IMG/VR virus record: IMGVR_UViG_3300030333_004348
Location: 4,137-68,136 of that record
Direction: 5' to 3' (one strand)
DNA: 64,000 nt
DNA from: a virus
Numbering within the stretch: the stretch's first letter is position 1; each line of letters opens with the position of its first letter. Position numbers and translations under genes: made by a program. Below the pieces are notes generated by a model that did not search any database, was not told where the DNA came from, and saw only the letters and a list, made by a program, of their open reading frames with translations. Below, in pieces: positions 57,601 through 64,000 of the stretch.

Positions 57601-60600
57601 AACGTTCTTAGATGAGCAGGTAGTACCAAGAAATAAAGCTATAAAAACATTGAAAGACGCACTTAAAAGAGAGCTACTTTCAATACAAGTTGGAACAGCT
57701 CAAATTGTATATAATGTTAGTGCGCCAAATGTAGAAGAAGCTAAAAAATCTATAGAAAATGCGATTTACTTGATAGAAAATAGTGAAGAGTTTTTAGACA
57801 CTTCAAATGTTTCAACTAGTAATGAGTATCAAGATTTTATTAAGAATTTAAATTCAAAGATACAGGTAAATCATCCTGATCTAGGCTTGCCTAGAGAGTA
57901 TCTAAATGAAACAGGCCACGCAGCAGTTGGTCCAGGCTATCCTTTTGTTGATGATGACTTAGATCTAGAATTGATTGAAATGTCAAAGATGGCTGATAAT
58001 GTTAAAATGCAAACCTTCTCACAACTTGCGGCCATTACTTCTGGAAAATTTTCAGATTACTATCTGGATTTAGTGCAATATCTAGGGCACTATAAGGGTA
58101 CTTGCTACATAAGTAATATTACTGCTGAATCATGTGCTTCAATGATAGATGGAACTCATAAAGATGTTCAAGAAGGTGGTAAATGGGATATGTTCGCGTC
58201 AGGTAGGTGGGACGGTTCTAGAGACGATGGAGTCCAAGATACTCCGGGATGGTGCATAGTAGAAACATTAGTAGACCAAGAACCTTTAAATCATTTTTCT
58301 TGTGAGATTGCCGGATGGCAATTTGATTATGACTCCTTTGTTCCCAAAGGAGATGGGAAGGATGTTAATAACTTAAATAAATTATTAAAAGGAAGCTTTA
58401 CAGGAGATGATAACTTAGACTTTGTATTGCCGGCAGCAATAAGTAATGCAGATCGGAATGCTCTGGATATTCCAAAAATGCTAATGTCTTTTAAAGAACT
58501 AGCAAAAAGAGAAAAAGAAATAGCTGCAAATTTACCAAAGGGAGCTGACACGTTTGCAGGAAGCACCCAAGCTGCTCCAACTAAAAAAGCTATAATGGAT
58601 TTAATGGCGACTACTGCTATGCTGGATTATTTATTGATGCTTATGTTCGGTGCTGCTTATATGGAAAATTTAAATCTTGATCCAGAAAATAAAACATTCC
58701 CTTCTAATCAATTAGAAATTGATATTAAAAATTTAGCTGAAAAAACCTTAAAGGAAATGAAGAATTTAAAAATGGATACTACAAAGTATTCAACTTTATT
58801 AGCGCAGACTATGGCTCTTCCTTATTCTGAAGATTTAGATATGAGTGCAAAAGGACACGATGTAGCAGTAGCTTTATCTCAACAAATATTAGAGAAAAGA
58901 AAAGCTGCTGCGGATATTGCAACAATTTCAGCAACAGGAAACTATCAGGCATTTTTAAATTATTTTGGAATAGGGAATATAGAAAGTGTTCAAAGATCTT
59001 ATGAATTAAAAAGTAAATTTAATAATTATTTACAAAACAAAGACAGAGCATCTATGGATAGAGCATTTCCTGCTTATAAGCTTTTCTTTATTGAACAAGA
59101 TCAATATTCTTGGCAAGCTTTTGATGACTTTTATACTTATGATGCTGTAAATGAAATAACTATTGTAGACAGTAAACATGCTGCTAGTAAGACTGCGTCT
59201 ATTAAATTATCAAATGTTACTAATAAACTAACAAATGATATAGGTATAGGTATTATGAATGAAGGGGCTGCAATAACTCCTGGAGCATTATTAAGATTAA
59301 AAGTTGGCACTCCCGTAATGCTAATGATTGGATATGGAGCAGATTATAGGCAATTAAGAATGGTATTTAGAGGAGCCGTTACAGAAATGAAAACAGGTCC
59401 TATCCTTGAGTTAACTTGCCAATCTTGGGGAGCAGGTTTACTAAATTCTGTAGGGGCAGGAGAAGGAGTTGCGTATAGCACTTTCTCAGGTCCTACTACG
59501 TTAGGAGCTTCTGTTATTGATATATTAGCACAGACTCCCGGCTTGAGTGGATTAGGAAGATGGGAAATGAGGGATGAAAGCTTAAATAATCCTAATAATA
59601 TAGCTGAAAGTACTTTAAAAAATGCATGGTGGGCTAGGGCGTTAAATACATTTAGTGGAACAATGGGTGATTATATTAAACTAGATAATAATATAAGTGA
59701 TATTATTGGTACTTTTTCTGGAGATAGTGGATTGCCTACTACAGCAGATGATATAGCAGAAGGAATAAGAGAAAATAATGTAATATATAAATCTGTTGGT
59801 AATTCTTTGTTTGACAATATTATTATTAATGATAAAAATCCTAATGGTTATGGGTTCTATAACTTTTATAGTAGAGGATTAGGATATCTGTCAGATGTTT
59901 ATAGTAAAAAATCGTTTAAATGGTTTGTTGTTAGGCAGACTTGTTGGGATGCACTTCATGAAGTAGCCTTATTTTTAGGTGATTATATAATAACAACAAG
60001 ACCTTATAATGAAGGTAATGATATACTTAACCAAGCACCAAGAGACACATTGTACTTTGGTCCTAGAGAAGGTATGTACAGGGCTAAGTCATTTGTTCCA
60101 AAAATAAACGCTGAGTATGAAATGCAAAAGTTAGCAGAACTTGTAAAATCATCTGCTATGCCTACTAAACAGATTTTACAAGATATTCCAGGTAAAAGTG
60201 GTCCAGGTATTTATACTACTATAGTGGATAAAAATGCTCTAAAGCTTATGAGTGAAGAGGCGAGAAACAAAGTATATGAAGACGACTGGGATCTTGAAAA
60301 TAAATTACTAGATTTTGGTAAAACAGCCCTTAGTCGTATACTAGACCACCATATTGATACTGGAGATATGCCTGGTGGAGGTCAATATCCTAGTTTAAAC
60401 AATAATTATTTTACTAGAATACAAGAGTATACTGGAACAAATTGTGACGGTGATCCAAATAATTATGGACCTGTATTTTATGGTAAAGTTTACAACAATA
60501 AAAATCTTATAAATAACTTTGCTCACTCATTATTTTTAAATGGATTTTACCACACTGCAATTCACTTTGATCAGTCAACAATTGTTAGAAGGCCTGAGCG

Positions 60601-63511
60601 CGTTTCAGATGAAGAATGGCACGGAGGAATGGATGAAAATTACAACATGCAGACTTTAGCAACGGATCCAGATGGATACTATAGGATTGGAAATGATTAT
60701 TCTTACACTGATAGCAAAATAGTAGGCAAACACAAAGCAAACTACACACATATGTGCTATGATAAGATGTGGAAATCAGCATTTGCAGAAATGTTAAATT
60801 TTGGTCAAAACGGTCATGCTCCTTTCGGATTGGTTAAACAAATTTTATTAAATGATTGGGAACAAAGGTATAATTTTCCAGGTAAGAGCTATCAAACTTT
60901 TAATTATAGCCAAGATGAATGGAATAATATAATAAAACCTATTTCTCAAGGAAAGTGGTTTGATCCAAAGAGCTATCAATACCAAGATAGTGAAGGAGAA
61001 TGGTATCAGGGAATTTATAAATATGGAGTAGACTCTAGCAATACGTTGTGGGGGTTATTGGATGATAGACCAGATGATGGGAGAGTATGGGGAACTAAGG
61101 ATCAACCAGAAATGGAAACTAGACATTGGGATAATTGGGACGATGGTAGCGGGGATTCAGCAATATATTCATTAGTTCCATGGCTATTTGCAGGGTACAG
61201 TGTAATGGGAAGTACAGGAGGTGGACTGTTTAGTGCCGACGTTGTAGGATTATCAACTGGTGGGCCTGAATATGACCAAGGAAGTGTGTTTGATAATTCA
61301 ACTTACTGGCTTGCAAGATTGACACGGACACCATTAAAGTCTACTGGTTACTTATCTTATGAACATGCAAGAGACGATACATTGTGGACTCAAATACAGG
61401 AACATCATTTTGTTGATCCTACGGGTAGAGGCGAGAGGACTGCAATTGATAGAAAAATAATTGATGATGTTAGGGCTCTTATTTTAAATTACACGGATGT
61501 AATGAAAAATCAGCAAAAAACATATGATCAATGGATTAGCAGTGAAGGATTAAGAGGAACGAGTGCCTTAGAAGGGAATCCTTGGGCTCTAGATTTACAA
61601 CAAGCACTGGCAGTTTCTGGTGGTTTTAGAAATAGTTTTGCATTTAGACCGGTAATTGATACCCATGCAGTAAATAGCTACGAAGATATAGTAGATAACA
61701 GCATTGTTGCTACTACGGATCAAATGTATAATCATGTAGAAGTTTTATATGCTGATGAGGCAGATCCAGAAGCTTCGGTTACTAATGCTAAATTTAAAAC
61801 TCAAGCATACATTAGTTATGATCAGGATCCTGATTATCTGAGAACGTATCAATCATACCAAAAAAACATTAATCCTAGCGACTGGTATGATATGAGTGAA
61901 GCAGATTCACATATATCAGCGATGTCTCAGGGAGGTAGATACAGACCTGAAGGTGGAAGGATATCTAGAGCTATGGGATTAACACAACATAGAGTAGCTC
62001 AACAGATTTTAATGAATCAAATGAGACCAATGTATCAGGGAACTATGACTTTAGTGGGTAATCCTCATATTAGGTCTTGGGATATTGTTCATATACATGA
62101 TGATTCGATTGGAATGTACGGACCTGTAGAGGTTGAGCAAGTAGTACATCATTTATCTCCTACAGGGGGATTCACCACAACTATAATTCCTAACCTACTA
62201 GTGTATTATAGAAGTGCATCGGCAAGTATAGATTCTGTAGTTATGAATATACATTCAGCTATAACAGTTATGAACTACTTTTTTATTGTGGCAAAACATG
62301 CAGCAATGGCATTAGGAGTTTTAGGTATGACTCAGCCTTTAATAAGTTCCGGTGCATTTGGTACAGTAGGTTTTAGAGCCCTTCCTTTTATTGGAACAGG
62401 TTTAAATAGATTAAATAGAAGAACAATGAAATGGAACAAAGCAATAGATTTATTTGAAAAAGCATCTGTCGATGATATTCTAAAAGAAAAAGATATTGCT
62501 AGAAAGTATTTGAAAAAAAGTGAGTTTGTTGAATTAGAAGACTTAGCTTCTAAAAAGAAAGCACAAACTACTAAATTAAATTTAGTTAGAAATCAATGTC
62601 ATGTTAGAATTAAATATGCCAATGTTGTACATCAGTTATCTCCTGCTGCAGATGATTTAAGAGAGTTAGACAGGCTATTGACTCAAAAAAATGCAGGTAA
62701 TAAAGGTAAGGCTCATTCTGTTAAGATAAGAAGGTTAGAAGATAAAATAGCTAGAACTCTAGGTAAGGGGGATATGACTCTAGGTAGAGCAAGGCTCACA
62801 AAATTAACTAGTGGTAAATTAGATAATGCTTTAGCAAGTGTAGACGATGTAATTAAAGTATTTGGAGAAATAGATCCTGATAATAAAGATTTAAAAAATC
62901 TTAAAAATTTACAGACAACTATTCAAAACCAAAAGAAGGAGTTAGATGATCTTATTAAAAAAAGAAAGGCTGGAAATAAAGTAGGACAAAAGTCTAGGTT
63001 CAAAAGCTTGGGAAATAGTATAAAAACTAAAAGAGATGCGTTGGCTAAAAATCTAATTAGATTTGATAAACAATCAGAATTGTTACGATCAGGAATGAAA
63101 AATAAAATTAATAAAGAAATTAACAGGAGTACCACTGGAATAATAAAAAATAGAGCTAAAGCTTTAGGAAAAAGGAAAGCTGCAGCTAAAATGGCCGGAA
63201 AATGGATACCTATTCTTGGACAAGCATGGGCAATATATGATGTTGCAAAGATGGGAACTGAAGTATTCTCAGCAACTGCTCAAAGTAAAATATTTATGAC
63301 AGGGTTATTAGCTGGTGAAAATCAATTAGTATGGTTACCTCTAGAGTATCAAGGAAAAGAATATGTAGCAGGATTAGAGGGAATTATTGGAACTCCAAGA
63401 GCAGTAGATACAATTTTATATGGAGAGTTAACAGGCGACTTAAGCAATAATAACAGAGGAATGTTAGTTATGAATATGTTAGCAAAGTTTAAACAATCAG
63501 AAGAGCTTTAA
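51695..63511 (+). CDS. giant baseplate hub / tail-tip protein (3938 aa)
   Basis: Hub-like segments LKVGTPVMLMIGYG..VFRGAVTE..LTCQSWG and MYQGTMTLVGNPHIRSWDIVHI..VEQVVHHLS..GFTTTI; lysozyme-like SEGG..GYFQ near the N-terminus; Cys-rich middle; hydrophobic then Lys-rich C-terminus. Confidence 0.7.
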   Translation: MAVNLNTNSLLDYLKSIPGFKDACSTATCFEERKELYEQYCDDLGYHSCADPNGQYYYTGLAWQNTKLLDLLKTQSPPFHETFKSTSNSSSAQGNTRHKNVSPSQFTKEDLFITLRNYIANSEGGPGRYGGVDQTYNDGNIIDDYHLGYFQISGKNINTYLRYLQKYIVQPGATPSPQDIKYQEAIDEWHSLIFENAYEELKFSMDGNKECSLFPTVLNVPEQTFLHCLHIADAVHGKPSHTFENLVLQNITGKHGYLGSKGSVQPWSLSNIHTNIYVNNPNLKAVTAFDYLQWSGIDTIPKKCTTQEEFDKIFTTGVTRKAVYESVIYHAKKAYNDTQSRLHKYFPESAIDNYFSQKNLNDLYLCSEKYQIYGIDTLFSNINQNNTTLATVNNVVPSASTSSYSSPNKVTAAALSTVVNADVQKRYSEVSVDPLLYKYGIGAEETGLTYIGDILMAVPPVSLRYSEHNQSTAIDTLRTSGDPLFTYNNTIPRIDMTLMFNGARAINEQLRPLVAMFHRMPFSTIQNHSVWDMWIGRRESFNTDLKTNPAGSLLNRFAPIPVYLESINVSTIPGFPNSVQAHISVVRMNRSPYGVSARMWKYWEDAMAETKLKTVRTARDSTIWSTDRDEKNEVDKIYIVDSAMKNHIIELEDGASTGNKNMDETLTTKYPQESVPYKYQYRNLLWDDGYPNNLVLSGSNTLGKNIYGNNKDPLIHWPVYREEHNRDLFLTYKSARKFSDKLSIFKQRLKELTENYRKIQTLSAQISTMSLTDLLDVYKPITEMTLKDTSQLLIDSMSAVKVGKDFSDNINAAFKNIALELTQDSAGNQLPIFTDIVNYCDKYLDSNGNVIKDEQTCAAEGGTWQTSGTPGFRSPVPPYDFIPVPLASTDENDFIYVDANGEITNSFEVFLDWLNDANRAVGICEEDPTYVTKKSCKDAKYTWNAQPNSDEKRIALWEKNNAIYSAFYDNMVNDPLGLLGLEDIGSKWNYDTAGIQLSWITDTDDLLSYKEDIDSLVKDDQHKPTKNNRASFPYFYHFQSVVQSVNYSFTNQVVPLFTASSNLPSYQHMGISNPTVSIVLRTRDERIHKALTDMRETVQEIGNQTLAGNTKLVGLGTVDVSGNILGHSSDRKDKRNQALNLPGSSGSLSGNLLNSLGFSQSSVQNLTSRTLEGFPGWWEISLDLIADTQNIRIIENLSAVTVEKIPDGINSLMDSVFPAYKANWGLLTLYQNAANKEEFLKDKLKRLDEIKAEREAVEKRVEDLPNTIWYKYTDLGICQDWGRAARGWNYDSDFDEQPVRDDYYNGSRIIDKITKEEYNACAKEGINCEGLNLGQSCDAMDYNCQRTMHEALEMPGLTIDWDAYDRAIENREDPNQPYAPSPWLVAAKFDDSPEDAGGEPSYCAATDEYGVGFFECSMAGRIHHPEGDNDTDACHAIKDQYMQIDATTDPIRNKDTFDFMEVDLWDVCKDKSGNEVTDGFRWLHNGSKLGNYYPNGICWGGDVNGWAGDTPTECESGDGSKYWVGTSTLVHDPNEPDKGSSGGYKLVCPNGDKISTFFEPQLIRQIDITGFPIIQSQAICEDPWQDGSGRDAGLWIPASTPGICTLDKLEDVAIKYTEDDNNWGNFQAYTYHNFSSLTPLVGVNSFTECCQANNSTNSAKEAGKCYAYFNTYTERKAPETIFPMTQTKITDEMAEKQRKTCLEWIGLGVDAKVGTGPKPNRKLINNEWTQEWFEWGTSHNDSLFYSKPDYITVDRGDVALKQELENSLRDLTEEEVAVNADINAINQQVSSIVDHLILGEGEALVIYINPELDDILIQITGNKLTSAQLYGIAEDRGDLYQKLFQPVLDEMVLWLQRLKGWELDKMKNYPNWTDEHPREFQLTATLATYYIDFLKNCIYTISGIANSDYGKDLLTTPGKAVSLFPGYSRAAVEAQKLAVDQPSVILQSIILGSQLRVVFYNLLRRSDFRTFLDEQVVPRNKAIKTLKDALKRELLSIQVGTAQIVYNVSAPNVEEAKKSIENAIYLIENSEEFLDTSNVSTSNEYQDFIKNLNSKIQVNHPDLGLPREYLNETGHAAVGPGYPFVDDDLDLELIEMSKMADNVKMQTFSQLAAITSGKFSDYYLDLVQYLGHYKGTCYISNITAESCASMIDGTHKDVQEGGKWDMFASGRWDGSRDDGVQDTPGWCIVETLVDQEPLNHFSCEIAGWQFDYDSFVPKGDGKDVNNLNKLLKGSFTGDDNLDFVLPAAISNADRNALDIPKMLMSFKELAKREKEIAANLPKGADTFAGSTQAAPTKKAIMDLMATTAMLDYLLMLMFGAAYMENLNLDPENKTFPSNQLEIDIKNLAEKTLKEMKNLKMDTTKYSTLLAQTMALPYSEDLDMSAKGHDVAVALSQQILEKRKAAADIATISATGNYQAFLNYFGIGNIESVQRSYELKSKFNNYLQNKDRASMDRAFPAYKLFFIEQDQYSWQAFDDFYTYDAVNEITIVDSKHAASKTASIKLSNVTNKLTNDIGIGIMNEGAAITPGALLRLKVGTPVMLMIGYGADYRQLRMVFRGAVTEMKTGPILELTCQSWGAGLLNSVGAGEGVAYSTFSGPTTLGASVIDILAQTPGLSGLGRWEMRDESLNNPNNIAESTLKNAWWARALNTFSGTMGDYIKLDNNISDIIGTFSGDSGLPTTADDIAEGIRENNVIYKSVGNSLFDNIIINDKNPNGYGFYNFYSRGLGYLSDVYSKKSFKWFVVRQTCWDALHEVALFLGDYIITTRPYNEGNDILNQAPRDTLYFGPREGMYRAKSFVPKINAEYEMQKLAELVKSSAMPTKQILQDIPGKSGPGIYTTIVDKNALKLMSEEARNKVYEDDWDLENKLLDFGKTALSRILDHHIDTGDMPGGGQYPSLNNNYFTRIQEYTGTNCDGDPNNYGPVFYGKVYNNKNLINNFAHSLFLNGFYHTAIHFDQSTIVRRPERVSDEEWHGGMDENYNMQTLATDPDGYYRIGNDYSYTDSKIVGKHKANYTHMCYDKMWKSAFAEMLNFGQNGHAPFGLVKQILLNDWEQRYNFPGKSYQTFNYSQDEWNNIIKPISQGKWFDPKSYQYQDSEGEWYQGIYKYGVDSSNTLWGLLDDRPDDGRVWGTKDQPEMETRHWDNWDDGSGDSAIYSLVPWLFAGYSVMGSTGGGLFSADVVGLSTGGPEYDQGSVFDNSTYWLARLTRTPLKSTGYLSYEHARDDTLWTQIQEHHFVDPTGRGERTAIDRKIIDDVRALILNYTDVMKNQQKTYDQWISSEGLRGTSALEGNPWALDLQQALAVSGGFRNSFAFRPVIDTHAVNSYEDIVDNSIVATTDQMYNHVEVLYADEADPEASVTNAKFKTQAYISYDQDPDYLRTYQSYQKNINPSDWYDMSEADSHISAMSQGGRYRPEGGRISRAMGLTQHRVAQQILMNQMRPMYQGTMTLVGNPHIRSWDIVHIHDDSIGMYGPVEVEQVVHHLSPTGGFTTTIIPNLLVYYRSASASIDSVVMNIHSAITVMNYFFIVAKHAAMALGVLGMTQPLISSGAFGTVGFRALPFIGTGLNRLNRRTMKWNKAIDLFEKASVDDILKEKDIARKYLKKSEFVELEDLASKKKAQTTKLNLVRNQCHVRIKYANVVHQLSPAADDLRELDRLLTQKNAGNKGKAHSVKIRRLEDKIARTLGKGDMTLGRARLTKLTSGKLDNALASVDDVIKVFGEIDPDNKDLKNLKNLQTTIQNQKKELDDLIKKRKAGNKVGQKSRFKSLGNSIKTKRDALAKNLIRFDKQSELLRSGMKNKINKEINRSTTGIIKNRAKALGKRKAAAKMAGKWIPILGQAWAIYDVAKMGTEVFSATAQSKIFMTGLLAGENQLVWLPLEYQGKEYVAGLEGIIGTPRAVDTILYGELTGDLSNNNRGMLVMNMLAKFKQSEEL

Positions 63512-63529
63512 GTGACATATCTAATATGA
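63512..63529 (+). promoter_or_regulatory. TGACATAHCT motif, copy after the hub gene
   Basis: Identical 18-mer to 26067-26084, immediately after a stop codon. Confidence 0.6.
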
Positions 63530-63651
63530 TGGTACTAGAATTAATTTTAACAATATGTGCATTAACTTTATTTTTATGTGGAGGGTACTTAACAATGATG
63601 ATATGTTTAAAAACTTATAAAATGCCTGGTAGGAGTAAAAAAAAACTGTAA
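63526..63651 (+). CDS. small single-TM protein (41 aa), possibly leaderless
   Basis: Manual translation MMVLELILTICALTLFLCGGYLTMMICLKTYKMPGRSKKKL*; starts 13 nt after the first base of a TGACATATCT motif; no SD. Confidence 0.45.
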   Translation: MMVLELILTICALTLFLCGGYLTMMICLKTYKMPGRSKKKL

Positions 63652-63681
63652 TTAGAGCAATGCCGTACTTAGGAGAATACA

Positions 63682-63912
63682 TTGGAGAATAAAAAATATA
63701 ATAAGCTACTTCAAGCAGCTATAGATTACTATAAAGGTTTAAAATCTGAGGCACTAGCACACTTGGATTTATTGTTTAATAAATCTGTTGGAATAGGTGA
63801 ACACACTGATATTTTAGCAGAAATAAAAAAGTGGACTGAGATACTATCACAAGCATCAGAAAACTTAGAAGTGCTAGAAAATAACTTTAATGAATACGGA
63901 GAAGTTAAATAA
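63682..63912 (+). CDS. small helical hypothetical protein
   Basis: TTG start with AGGAG SD; contains SVGIGEH. Confidence 0.65.
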   Translation: MENKKYNKLLQAAIDYYKGLKSEALAHLDLLFNKSVGIGEHTDILAEIKKWTEILSQASENLEVLENNFNEYGEVK

Positions 63913-64000
63913 TGAATAGAATAGCAATTCTACTTATTAGCTTTTGTGTTTTATTAGGAGAAGAAAAAGGCAATTACTTTATGGATAACTTCCTAAAGTA
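63912..64000 (+). CDS. 5' end of a probable exported protein (truncated by window edge)
   Basis: TAATG-coupled; MNRIAILLISFCVLLGEEK looks like a signal peptide. Confidence 0.5.
   Translation, partial: MNRIAILLISFCVLLGEEKGNYFMDNFLK

Noticed and set aside
639-63135. All minus-strand ORFs in the track (60-130 aa) and the nested + ORF at 45974-46192
   Set aside because: They lie within long, motif-bearing + strand genes, have no SD or recognisable motifs, and look like shadow frames
1-64000. Alternative genetic code (stop-codon reassignment)
   Set aside because: Genes up to 11.8 kb are open in the standard code, and TAG ends genes at sensible boundaries (15528, 22503, 26059, 51351)
1-64000. 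tRNA genes, integrase or transposase, and a diversity-generating retroelement behind the Cys modules
   Set aside because: No cloverleaf was seen in the short intergenic gaps, there are no recombinase or reverse transcriptase motifs, and the Cys-module copies are not near-identical at DNA level as TR/VR pairs would be

Overview
This window is the virion-morphogenesis region of a large, AT-rich, lytic-looking myovirus (jumbo-phage-like). All credible genes lie on the + strand and many are joined by TAATG stop/start overlaps. Gene order: small accessory genes (including a ClpP-like protein), a ribosomal protein bS21 gene missed by the ORF track, a degenerate free-standing intein-like ORF, an intein-containing terminase large subunit, portal, tandem Com-like zinc finger, prohead protease, scaffold, two paralogous head decoration proteins, major capsid protein, neck proteins, sheath, and four tail-tube-fold paralogues interrupted by a holin-like / truncated class II aaRS-like / outer-membrane beta-barrel cassette. 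Two tail chaperones and three giant genes follow. The most notable signals are: (1) a 2641-aa protein in the tail module that appears to fuse an intact DEDDh 3'-5' exonuclease to a single-chain two-barrel RNA polymerase (K..KG, RNP and DYDGD motifs); (2) a tape-measure-position protein with an intein followed directly by a PD-(D/E)XK nuclease; (3) a ~20-aa two-cysteine module found in at least six structural-module proteins; (4) a recurring TGACATAHCT motif that is a candidate phage promoter. All calls come from reading motifs by eye; no database search was run.
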